Shown one piece after another: positions 59,501 through 63,753 of a stretch of DNA of 64,000 nt (positions are counted from its first letter, which is position 1; every line of letters begins with the position of its first letter). This DNA comes from an uncultured Clostridia bacterium (GTDB taxonomy: Bacteria > Bacillota > Clostridia > Christensenellales > UBA1242). The translations under genes and the position numbers were made by a program. The notes below the pieces were generated by a model, which was given only the letters and a program-made list of their open reading frames with translations, did no database searches and was not told the DNA's origin. The DNA lies in NCBI GenBank assembly GCA_944381135.1, contig CALWJY010000002.1, positions 1,929 through 65,928 of the forward strand. Reading direction: 5' to 3'.

Positions 59501-61623
59501 GTCATGTTCAAAGAAATTGTTGCGCCCGCTTCGACAGTCAATTTTGACAAACTTTCGTTTGAAAGGTTGGTATCCTCAACAATTTCTCCCGCTTCATAGA
59601 CATATCCTTGAACAGAATTTTCGCTTTCAAACACATTCGTTGACTGCAAACTTCCGTTTGTTATGGAAGCAGATGTCAAAGGCACAAAGGCATAAATTTG
59701 GAAAGTCTGTGAAACTGAACCCGTGACATGTTCAAACCAGAAGTTGCTGACAGCTTCAAAATTATAGCCGACAAGAGAAACTGTGAAATCAAAAATGACA
59801 TAAGAGTCTTCCGCGCCTGTCAAAGCAGTGTATGAGTCCACAAGTGTCAAATTTGAGAAGATGAATCTTTGATTCCCATCATTTTGAAGTTCAAGTCCAG
59901 ACAAAGACGAAATTCCTCTCACTTTCACGCGATAGTTCAAAGAGCGTGCAACTGCTGTTTGACTTGAAGAGATGTATTGTGTCAAAATTTCACCATCTTC
60001 TGCGTCTGTCACAATCAAATTTTCACCTGTTGAATTCCTCAGTAAGTTCATATATATGCTGGTGCTTTTTGATGGGTCACTTACCGGCACAAATTCAAAT
60101 TCCACGCCTTCCATCACACCGCTGATGTTTTCACTTGCTCGAACCTGAACCTCAGAGCCACTTTGAAGACGTGTGGTCGAAACATAGATTGTGCTTCCAA
60201 TTTCCGATTGCTCAAATTGCAATTCTGTGCCACGATAGAAAAATCTCACAAAAGAAGAAACTCCGCCCACAACTCTTCCAGCAAGTGCAGATTGATTTAT
60301 GTCAACGGAAATGTAGAAAAGATTGTTGTCAACAGTCACATCTGTTGGCGTCAGCAATGTGCGAATGGTGTAACCAAACCCAGATGTATAGTCAGAAAAG
60401 ACATCAATTGTGTTGTTGTTGAGATTGTTTCCACTAACATTGGAAAGTTCCACCCTCTCGACTGCATAGGAAGAACTGATTGTGGTGTTCAAATTTTGCG
60501 TTGAAATGTCATAGTTGAAATCAACATATCCAATTCTCAAGAAAAATTTGAAATCTCCACCTCTTCTGACACCATTTTGATCTTGCGCGTCAATTGAAAA
60601 GTTGTATGAAACTGTCCCCGCAACATCATCAACAATTTTTTGTGTGATGTTGAATTGGAAAAATTGAGACCAATCAGCCTCTGCCATTTCAGCCCAAACA
60701 TTGTTGGAGTTTTGTTGCAAAACCACCAAAGATAAATTGACATCATAATCTGAATTGACAACAAGTGTTCCGTCAGCATTAGACCTTGAGGCATCATTTC
60801 GCTTAACTTCAAAACTTGCACCATTTGTCAAAACATCTTCATTGACAACTCCACCTTCAATCAAGACAATCTCGCCATTCAAGTTGGTTGAAATTGACAA
60901 ATCAGAAACGGCAGCATTTTCAAGCACTTCAAAAGTTATCACATTTGAAACACTTGTGTCGTAAACAAAAGTTGCTCTCAAAACAACTTGAGAAAGGTCA
61001 CAATTTTCACTTACAAACAAAATGTTGTTTTCTATGTATGCAATTGTCAAGTCATCAACCGTCAATTCCTTTGTGCCTGTTTCATCAAAATTCCAATCAA
61101 CATCACGAATGTTTGCTGTCACAGGTCTGAAATCAAAATAAGTTTCTGCGTCAAGTTTTGTTCCGTTTGTGTCGCCCTTAACGGCAAACAAATTGGAACG
61201 ATTGTCCACAGTGTCATCAGAAGAAACAACAATCTCCTCCAAATATGTGTCAACAGAAACCGCGACTTCTTGACTTGCACTGAAATCTTCAATTGATGAA
61301 ACTCTCACCCTTGCCTCGCCACTGCTGTCGCCATAAATTGTGAAATAATATTCATCACCGGTTCTGTGAGTGACCGAACTGACATGAATGCTGTCTTGCC
61401 CATCAATCACTTCCACTCTGACACCTTCTGAAGAATCTGTCAAGGTCACACCAATTTCTGCTTGCCCATAGTTTTCCGCATTCGGATTGTTTGTGGAAAT
61501 TGTAACTTCATTTGTGGACACAGAAAGAGAAACCTGTTTTCCACAAGCTGACAACAACATACCTCCAAAAATCAGAAAGACACTTAAGATTGCAACCGAA
61601 AGACTTTTTGCATAACTTTTCAT
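41563..61623 (-). CDS. giant surface lipoprotein (about 6,686 aa) with Ig-like arrays, at least 6-7 GLUG/beta-helix-type modules and a glycine-rich C-terminal module
   Basis: Uninterrupted 20-kb ORF. The start is ATG 61623 (GGAGGTCAC-ATG). MKSYAKSLSVAILSVFLIFGGMLLSAC is a lipoprotein signal peptide. The motif (L/F)(D/N)GNGxT(I/L), with variants IGNGQTL and FNGNGFML, recurs near 54.5, 53.0, 48.6, 47.3 and 42.9 kb. IGGIAG, VGGLVG and AGGIVGY turns occur throughout. The ORF-track start at 61728 lies in the promoter. Confidence 0.9.
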   Translation of the reverse strand: MKSYAKSLSVAILSVFLIFGGMLLSACGKQVSLSVSTNEVTISTNNPNAENYGQAEIGVTLTDSSEGVRVEVIDGQDSIHVSSVTHRTGDEYYFTIYGDSSGEARVRVSSIEDFSASQEVAVSVDTYLEEIVVSSDDTVDNRSNLFAVKGDTNGTKLDAETYFDFRPVTANIRDVDWNFDETGTKELTVDDLTIAYIENNILFVSENCDLSQVVLRATFVYDTSVSNVITFEVLENAAVSDLSISTNLNGEIVLIEGGVVNEDVLTNGASFEVKRNDASRSNADGTLVVNSDYDVNLSLVVLQQNSNNVWAEMAEADWSQFFQFNITQKIVDDVAGTVSYNFSIDAQDQNGVRRGGDFKFFLRIGYVDFNYDISTQNLNTTISSSYAVERVELSNVSGNNLNNNTIDVFSDYTSGFGYTIRTLLTPTDVTVDNNLFYISVDINQSALAGRVVGGVSSFVRFFYRGTELQFEQSEIGSTIYVSTTRLQSGSEVQVRASENISGVMEGVEFEFVPVSDPSKSTSIYMNLLRNSTGENLIVTDAEDGEILTQYISSSQTAVARSLNYRVKVRGISSLSGLELQNDGNQRFIFSNLTLVDSYTALTGAEDSYVIFDFTVSLVGYNFEAVSNFWFEHVTGSVSQTFQIYAFVPLTSASITNGSLQSTNVFESENSVQGYVYEAGEIVEDTNLSNESLSKLTVEAGATISLNMTYQSLSEEGVTFRYLSFDNFVTQIRGLEGLSLEEATTLANQLFRSGDGADYAVLNFFNNFTDVDVSMFNIYENRLIVSNNDFRGFVVAVFSGFDMNHESVVLLRAFALESLHSVTNFTSTVGETLLYTVETLSQSDIARSYVDVSISFRNDDIIPTYTGDLSYLTFTSEQGYALSLDETGLRLSNGYYSISNMQFMNQGRMFTFRITADSTRLATVIEDTLRVTYQDPNGFSRSLEIGITIRNVNRVENVTWVNETYDGEIYLNLTSQSQSERRATISTSISPANANDRSLTWVYTGASTNLNISTNETAQTFNLSINTEVGGVGYLYLLPSDMVKNVDGINQVLLYSYSTDVDGDIVEEVKYVPLDQLEENYQDIVGEGELNDDDGEFSNYFLNNDGEKVYNANIILRIKVTIADGLTEETAIRIYNESELRRIDTARYYTIMNNITLNSWQSFETFSGMLFGNDDNITLTMAGESQVFVDQNSGTIRDLTFAGNVSDVAGNTSSGFLARVNNGTIQNVVVDVYYATNERYSSSTLSTNATTYIGGIAGENYGNIINSFTYGMTINSSSSLSGTEQYVGGIAGFNSGSIQGSGVEFYNFVTGTGSDGEDIVSPNTVTTSNSGIFGGIVGYASESSQISSSYAYAYPMEDVADAGFSTVIRNTSVVGAFMGVYEIGASVNQSFAFMGNLQNASSTIGNNSINSQGDVTVVDSYVSYYYNGQINSYIWFTTSTGSVNSATFNVSSAFDALLPSIWVTENIDADVNFGLPYLQSITQNVAVDVSTLSISRVEDSVLKALDVSSEKGEQKGILFLYAVSSETANGLNSAEQSDLQRFNTISLSQLFGLETERQANTLLLTTPSSSVLLESGSIRTLSTNLSEFEVTVHSRMDFTQSRTFEFVVLNNIPTLVTTVDGQTLSDGQTVMVQKDSTVSVSLSMDNTIYLNSNPYQSVRGAYSYDFALGENVANGSISLSDANIRATLNGNTLSLTGISSHSNDSETSVQASIVTSNLDEVFSDAIKAEQNRDFVAVVFDGATALEVSGGNNLSFKTSEYAEFDVTLISDNAQDNLVFGLIYDGTTLQGVADSSATSTSFEVDDKLQLDVTWGLVSQNGREYRFHVVARVNSAHRHLVDKKYDIQLTVNALSQRNNTNLLKTVDLTVNTQNVESIFIQTYSISGRSVNGSTTYYRPSSTTLNTLSPASDAIVTVSINPAYALMTHFTLTYQNSGSGSGVISISKLERSANYGFYASSSSTSSVINGLQVDLTDEDKTGDGVFYFRVYVYSSFTANSQVTLTANFYNGDELLDWGSIDLNVDYLSAATVRVNGQSTYLLAKGESATVTVTTELDQNLDSLTLQNTSAGYGVSLTAYTYEDVGNQRIYTAYVTADVDARLANGASNGIFQINATVSRTLSGYVDPEIKVSTATIYLVDFTLDADNISLNSSGSTSTYNGRTYDVFYSYIGATDPLSFTYPLMPETYNYDPSDPSQVSAVETLLSEREEFLTDFNYANETVGYYINYGLNETTGRYSVPLTLKQQLSYATAEGDGSSSPIYNENYDHINQNDLFRIEEDENRNVLEITGTRTGRQLMKLTTTVIYQNTVFTYDYYFLIVVDIWSDEETPTQITTAEEFVDYATNSEQPDDYILMNDITLSDYTPLDTDLISSLDGNGYTIHINSFAMPTGNTLNLALFNNVVEGTTLKNVRVNIYAGGQIDINIAQYSDINIAGFAIRNDGTIYNCEVVSYRSEAQTTNFSTNGIVVNYTIGENTTPVNLTDRLISYYGLSSNIAGFVITNTSSIVNSRVGGSSFRHVILVGEDPYLQTETLGTFTIQGQDNVAGFAISNSGNISSSFAKSLQINNNTESTLSTTAGFVITNTDSIQASYVEGVQTSASDATEAEIQFTASNITTMGVVGGFVYENIGEIKNAYSNIAIENETSRPSYAAGFVYINSGNISLCFSASQVLSTDSNQKPFSGVDSSLTSLNTGSITNSYYYNGGTDVSNQTALTPGVIELSATFVNSPADSLYGFSFTSGETSTDGIWTTTGRGITLVSANQIAISNRYAVTNNSLTSIFYRTSLPDVSTLQYVNITYGGENNPIIIRDAYDFVMATGDALGDGGISYYRQHYTDTEISGHYRLVNDVDMSEIDQNNEEEGSANLTTFNKTFSGVLDGNGFTISNINLGARDTVDSYGLFKKLDGAIVMNLNLIVDSIHNAQASVVGTLAGVANDSVIVAISITPSSTNDEGTSILGNNIVGGVVGMLFGQSKMYDVTATNIVVYSSSYSGSKIVGANDAAISRLRNLVDTESDLRDTVSTLSYAGAIVGFVDVYSSQAGSDFVEYSNTFEISDYDIVKIHVTDAVDIYGEVAGGLFGYVGNSTYVYDANLELDASDSGDNPSYIIAKNLYAGGLVGENYGGLFAVYASYSDEIQELIEENENAYYNGNADVEKGQQDIFSHKVNDTDAPLYVGGLVGYMGGGFISTGYSKLNVIVDTQETKAIGGIVGMVGVSSVSYDLTLAYGQPEINILLNEVYASGDLHSTAVEDGAPVVVSGGLIGAIGRIGGVSPVIALKNALAMNYYSFSGASLLGDETTRDATSTSSHHYALVGSIFNETGVSVSSNLNSGLYLIASSNEYFDVATNNLLSASGFIVGTNTVGGYSSIVFGQNMVNLNLFGFDSQGGSNANQYVLNATSIGSSALASMSAAYNQFNSYFIENGWSDEFWTHSQDDLFPHIQLVPQNNIWFWDVYNTPQTIQKMRENPNLTVIVRGKVEDSEYNNEYTDINLTDFSVVSETFAGISNFSGTLISYSSYMNDRSEGVVNVRDNVGEGGELGEDVGLIVNRSLFNSLADGAVVEGLSIYMSGKTSSDGTTNPVNYSLVAGDVSRATFTNLNLVYNNNISLTAGTVTIQGSDERILSTGLIASVAYSTTIVGTIITLRESSFTFTFGLDDSSSYNAYLGVLAGYIEQNNDFNSVSIQGLQFEFMNLDEEEQPVVIDFNVSHIGGDSSLYAGLYAGAIVRSNRGRLNVGITDTTDVILNIVESDTDKTILNAYIGGFVGELNGVTEVTVISQGGDIDYETGITIHQNVSVGTLYAGLGFGQVVLGGGLSVNPSDMSQIIGAIYQGADATISNANVGGLIGHAETAVTITGLSVNLTVAKLDDDSAIENYDEIFAQNAYDYNLSPFTVSGCSGEDSFGGLIGNATDSTIDIRGTIEISGAIDVATNTPEDFTTPGQTFIVSVGGAIGRAFGCIKTNMSGEIAINIAVQDVSSASGTSAFSSYAYVGGFLGFLAGVRSSTDEPVAYPVNIQESSYVSYTGTVLADVNNLKFGGTIGYVGRSDYEDSDQYVHISNYIFGGAVKIFGSKFDGGTASVGGIVGEFNSEGLSDGSFDPQNSQFQIYNSSSYGDVFVNYLPQTTNVTTTYHNYELQDYNFGGIVGKATYMTIQNCNSIMTSFNNRVNAGDSGSTHSALEYNVNAIVGESADAVNFVDNKYSSVVCMAYQEQSGNTDLAYGTTLPYQGYTNLTSLESIGSEDEIASFEDILDVLESSGVTISSDFTEGHKLNPYIWENYDDERFIEYHPATSTNVDDYNVIKSSSLTRTLDETHNISWVAFSQDADGGVAFDLSQTISTQLVNVALIGNGQTLNLSDSREVKGGTSDSYIGGLVDEMGVEYGTSINQTTRPNFNVISGFLIDANILVDIDIEKATYSYGAVTGLMTGNSFIYGVGVKGEVSVGSSNSSSTSGTYLELAGIAGSMQGGFINQSYVDADIVYRGNSSGHVAGVANVNTRSTIMATYSSGKILSYTNVEIFTFASFVGSSTFSSNVYSYLIDDFSIAQFERTNIISESITEPDKATYFIGVPNADGTMSMPNYFVGKNIMNGTAGAEGVGGNYATTDADSISLPYSSDESFSVKSLDPNAEVDTYDTEWFFSPFINYGYASHGFGYLKNVTTYTRDVVLDGTSDDDPVPNYEYTPITYWDILSSGGSKSLYTGASNEETGVDVSGVADNLKWFYGVPNEGKFIQMLETISVVEETSDTSGSAYTKAYRFLLRYDIDMENVIVMMDENIENVGKDGYDFILDGNGRTLDFAFTENSYVLGTGRSYETQIGTPLEKSLFNEVIGSIENLRLSDINVKGARATFANNVVGNLSNITVIGNLSTSESEIVGGVVAEFQGTATAIQANVNVDSTLTENLIVGGVFGKISPVVKIEDDGTETVVSRTSVSYSSNSGNLIAPNVYTGDVSNLISFFAIKVNSPDTKERKFDSIVGGVVGYSDDSSIDNSYNAGAVLSGYTINKSGNFLAGGIVGYAVSTDISSSFNTGLVGAGSYVNADFSYAGGIFGYAVAGEKDVNVTGCINDGQVEALNRLTKEDNYEIEIFDTPMFEGGDESSYSENTDFTKNPSTLYYYVTITYNPGELRHVYAYGIGTVGTEVEAGSASLKPNLAPSNRIFVEDCSSSDDNIINDGNVGEVSDTKLMKFDRKTMLNNGDFNGNGSEDYEAKFSIEKNDDGSVKYTVNGYDSYGIPARIYVNDTMTRKLAEDWLKTWAEEVGWDDTFVRDAEKGTFDNFVSWFRRYVDYDYHYYSMIKNLEDGTIDESAVFDDENGTTGVQKTENGEGNFITQINESDEEYVYYLQSDTTYYSSVSFVEYDQVLKGVDTGDERDLMTLIDGFGLLAFDCNIEDTFLRGNLQKQEGSSISVYSGFGSTTIESEIEDIDNAIFDDSSEIERFYVDGDYVAVARNRNNILSVVSPYIAHFKADIEVSSIDADSLSKDNVTIEVDGDNKPQFKVIDTFYIEDNIVHIEGDLYFVEPYIDGKITVGLAYQSEVGTFTLRKENVDEFAGYYYIYLDLLGVDETFFTGVSNDYRDETVLDIQFQLDGIPVELGDYDIIDDELYNTKGRMYLKLPVTVFSSEISEGNILTIIRKVDTKLNTSIDLEITTESSEYNFTINSEEEYNQQDISFVGFDEGVIGEFGVFEDDTLTDIIEGGENVGVEIPLSVIIEKLENSNKFAFGDMDGFYAINYSSQRTEPWSVTDNSPDDGVLVSISGDALRLEGDSTLVNEFVEEMSSWTVYYNTTPWRMSDLSSDMLENEQEIKEDVFLVLTARSMNEQFSVIEEGGIPVYIGSPENFDSLSGEGIVNESVTYFGMDFHAVTVTYICDQIRNLVIELPEEDVGYDIRVYEGDKESGTIKNLTQGVSNETKQVSISGNIAFDDSVYVSYVQNTQLSFTYGGENYIYGDNYNGKLNIYTTSNSLSISNSSDLTTEGSISYSVEKGNDEDNGSYISTSREVYTNDYDVESYEYRIYDNGMIEISYLYSRLVDGGGFIDFDLYEFQIDAEGNVTSSSHSFIDGLSIAVSELPEPDVDESFSCTDLTEFIDGYIIIDEHHDEHHPIDIDLIVGDFDENGIQFIKNETSGLTFGAEAQLSGEDGESDDIRDLTLYVNTKDESESWIFRGADNYVEDSLEIRNATRNGEWQTFSKGVSLNANSYTAIDYEYRYKLSISTGTTVSTETEVTHDDEVSAIVLNSDISLGEISGFDLNEMIFNGNGFMLKYISKVTSDGGSLFEENSGDIRNLNFVAQTTYSKSSFGAYNSGSSILFGTNSASLLNVKTFGNFRNISAQPDEYSSVLGKINDGDVVIDVDSSVTMDGADASSGQDVNITLAQYEIDAVTVENINYVSHEVFVAGNAVKGDNGEDGTSSEISSASDFNGGHGDDGGHGGQLDGTVVYYSRSGLDSIGGYGGNGAHGTMSENKAIAYGGGGGGQAGENGAYDLHYAGNRVYTESHAGRDYYIQYGGNGGVGCLGYVTMDEYLLAGAPGGSGNADRPGSRGSMGRKELNIDSAGTLLMLANNAESLKTAAHLFDCHEKGSILGIGTGHGGVWSDLITNNETWGTWKDSWKVLVEDVTDEQINDETRSAGDGADWGKLSTVKELYVRLGIEWRFDGIYKFVVQEGRWDVRDFEKYVWTSGEAVNSGGIYGVACQGSTTIFRD

Positions 61624-61698
61624 GTGACCTCCAAAAATAATATTTGCAAAATGATTAAAATAATCACGCGCAAAATGATTTAACACTAAGTTATAAAT

Positions 61699-61728
61699 AT
61701 TATAATACTTCTCACGCGCGCAAGTCAA
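61699..61728 (-). promoter_or_regulatory. sigma-A promoter of the giant lipoprotein gene
   Basis: The minus strand reads TTGACT (61723-61728), an 18-nt spacer tgcgcgcgtgagaagtat, then TATAAT (61699-61704). About 70 nt of leader runs to the GGAGG RBS. Confidence 0.65.
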
Positions 61729-61741
61729 ATTATGACAAAAA

Positions 61742-62021
61742 AAATCAAAAAATTCAGAAAAAATATTTTTAACGAAATTTGATGCAAATTATTTCAACAA
61801 TTTTTAATTTGACTAAAAAATTTCAAAAAAATTATTTTAATTTTTTTTAAAATTTTTAACATTCGTTAAAATTTGAAACAAAAACAAATTGAGAAAAAAT
61901 TAAACAAAAATATAAAAAATTGTAAAAAAAACAATTTTTTGGGCATTTTTTTGACTTTTTTGTGAATTTTTCATTTAATTTTTATAATTTATTTATTTTT
62001 AATTTCTGAATTTTTTGATTT
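61742..62021. repeat. perfect 19-bp inverted repeats flanking a 242-bp AT-rich segment (candidate invertible element)
   Basis: aaatcaaaaaattcagaaa at 61742-61760 is the exact reverse complement of tttctgaattttttgattt at 62003-62021. The enclosed segment carries plus-strand promoter-like TTGACT-17-TTTAAT (61951-61979) and TTGTGA-17-TATAAT (61960-61988). Confidence 0.6.
61914..61940. repeat. 10-bp inverted repeat hairpin AAAAAATTGT-A7-ACAATTTTTT
   Basis: Read directly from the sequence. A related copy with a T-rich loop occurs at 30771-30792 (AAAATTG-tttttttg-CAATTTT), preceded in both places by aaaaatataaaaaa. Confidence 0.6.
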
Positions 62022-62104
62022 ACTTTTCTAAATTTTTTCTTTTATTTTTTGTAAATTTTTTGCTTCATCATCATTTATCGCAATTCAATTTTGTTCAAGA
62101 CAAC

Positions 62105-62362
62105 CTAAAGACTTCTTTCATGTGCAAATTTGGCTTTGGTGGATTGCCCTCCTCTGATGTGTTTTTCTGAAAAATTTTCATCCAAAACCTTCTTGACTTC
62201 ATCATACATTTTGGAGTCAACTTTTTGAAGTCTTTTTGAAAGGTCATTGTGCACAGTGCTTTTGCTCAAATTGAAAACTTTGGCGGTTTGTCTGATTGTT
62301 TGATGTGTGTTTGAAATGTATTGCGCCACTTGAAGTGTTCGCTCTTTGATGTAAGGTTTCAT
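62105..62362 (-). CDS. spoIIID: sporulation transcriptional regulator SpoIIID
   Basis: 85 aa. MKPYIKERTLQVAQYI, the KSTVHNDL helix-turn-helix and the HIRGGQSTKAKF tail closely parallel B. subtilis SpoIIID as I recall it. The RBS is GGGAGGGG. Confidence 0.9.
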   Translation of the reverse strand: MKPYIKERTLQVAQYISNTHQTIRQTAKVFNLSKSTVHNDLSKRLQKVDSKMYDEVKKVLDENFSEKHIRGGQSTKAKFAHERSL

Positions 62363-62394
62363 TCACCCCTCCCACAAAAATTTAAGATACTTCA

Positions 62395-62423
62395 AATTTA
62401 TGTGAGATTTTGTCACAATATGC
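62395..62423 (-). promoter_or_regulatory. sigma-E-type promoter upstream of spoIIID
   Basis: The minus strand reads GCATATT (62417-62423), a 14-nt spacer, then CATAAATT (62395-62402). The B. subtilis sigma-E consensus is ZHATAxx-14-CATACAHT. The -35 matches fully and the -10 matches at 7 of 8 positions. Confidence 0.55.
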
Positions 62424-62641
62424 ATAAATTTGTCGAAGAGCCAACCAACAAAAATTTTTGTTTCCAAACATTAACAGCAAAAATCAAAACATTTGAAACA
62501 AATATTGTTTCTAAAAAATAAAAATATATAAAATTTTATATTGATTTTACAAAAAAATTTGTTAATTTTAACGAAAAACAATAAAAATAAAAACGACTGC
62601 AAAAACGCAATCGCTTTAAAATCTCTTTTGTTTGATTTAAA

Positions 62642-62872
62642 TCAACCTTTCAAACTTTCAATAAGTTCAACAATTTCACCAATTGTTTTCACCTGATTGA
62701 TTTTATCATCAGGAATTGTTATGCCATATTCCTCTTCCAAGGTCATCAACATTTCAATCACATCCAAAGAATCAGCACCCAAATCTTCAACGATGTTGGA
62801 TTCTTTTTTGATTTCGTCTGGAGAGATTCCAAGTTGTTCAGCAACCAATTCTTTAACTTTTTCAAAAACCAT
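62642..62872 (-). CDS. acpP: acyl carrier protein
   Basis: 76 aa from ATG 62872 with a GGAGG 6 nt upstream. LGADSLDVIEM is the phosphopantetheine attachment motif. Confidence 0.9.
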   Translation of the reverse strand: MVFEKVKELVAEQLGISPDEIKKESNIVEDLGADSLDVIEMLMTLEEEYGITIPDDKINQVKTIGEIVELIESLKG

Positions 62873-62997
62873 GTCAAACCTCCATGTGTGTATGATAACA
62901 CATTTCAGCATTTTTTCAAAACAATTTTACAAATAAATCAAAAATAAAACAAAAAAGGATGCAACCATGTGTCACATCCTTGTTTCCAATTTTTAAA

Positions 62998-63558
62998 TCA
63001 CTTGTTTTGCAGGTCGAGATAGAGGTTTGGGTCAACTTCAAGTCCGTCTTTGAACAATGTGAAGTGCAAGTGTCCTCCTGTTGCAGACTCATTTGCTGCA
63101 CTGTCTGAAGCCTCGCCGATTTGTTGTCCTTTTGACACCACATCACCTTCGGCAACTTTAACATTCTCAGAAAGCGAAGAATAAACACTCACAAAGCCAT
63201 CAGCATGCTCAATTTCAACAACATATCCTTCCAATGAATTTTCGTCCACAGAAGTCACAACACCATCGCAAGCCGCAAGCACCAAGTTGTCTTCAGAAGT
63301 CAAATCAACCGACAAATGAATTTCCCATCTGTTGAGACTTTCATTGAATTGAAGTTTGTCGTCAGCATAGTCTTTCACAACAACAGCATTGTTCATTGGC
63401 AAGCCAAATGTGATGACATTTTCTGTTGAAACCTCCTCTCCTCTTGGAATGCTGAAAGCAATTGTCAATGCAACACCAACAGCAAACACACAAGCAAGCG
63501 AAAGCGCCCCAACCTTTTTAAACAAGTTTTTCCCCTTTTTCTCTTTTTTGATTTCCAT
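62998..63558 (-). CDS. membrane-anchored M23/LytM peptidase, SpoIIQ-like
   Basis: The start is ATG 63558 with a GGAGG upstream. It has an N-terminal TM helix (VGALSLACVFAVGVALTIAF). The M23 motifs are HLSVD (HxxxD) and GGHLHF (HxH). It neighbours spoIIID, as SpoIIQ does in Clostridia. Confidence 0.7.
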   Translation of the reverse strand: MEIKKEKKGKNLFKKVGALSLACVFAVGVALTIAFSIPRGEEVSTENVITFGLPMNNAVVVKDYADDKLQFNESLNRWEIHLSVDLTSEDNLVLAACDGVVTSVDENSLEGYVVEIEHADGFVSVYSSLSENVKVAEGDVVSKGQQIGEASDSAANESATGGHLHFTLFKDGLEVDPNLYLDLQNK

Positions 63559-63753
63559 AACACCTCCACGCCTAAATGATTGCCAGAAATTCATACTTTA
63601 AACATAAAATCTCAACTTTTTTAATAAAATTCAATTTTTTCGCAGTTTTTAAGCAATTTTTTATTGAATTTTTTGATATTTTTCGTTTCAATACATTAAT
63701 TTAATTCGTAAATTTAATTTCAAAATTGATTTGTTTATCGAACAATAAGTTTT

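Noticed and set aside
61624-61728. N-terminal extensions in the ORF track for the giant gene (61728), the small lipoprotein (39610), rpoB (11131), fba (28729), acpP (62911) and the M23 peptidase (63594)
   Set aside because: In each case an internal ATG has a GGAGG-type RBS and begins a proper signal peptide or conserved N-terminus. The extensions run through promoters or leaders and often start at TTG or GTG.
62430-62436. Spo0A boxes (TGTCGAA) at 62430 and at about 11347
   Set aside because: A 7-mer is expected several times by chance in 2 x 64 kb, and no clustering or positional logic was evident.
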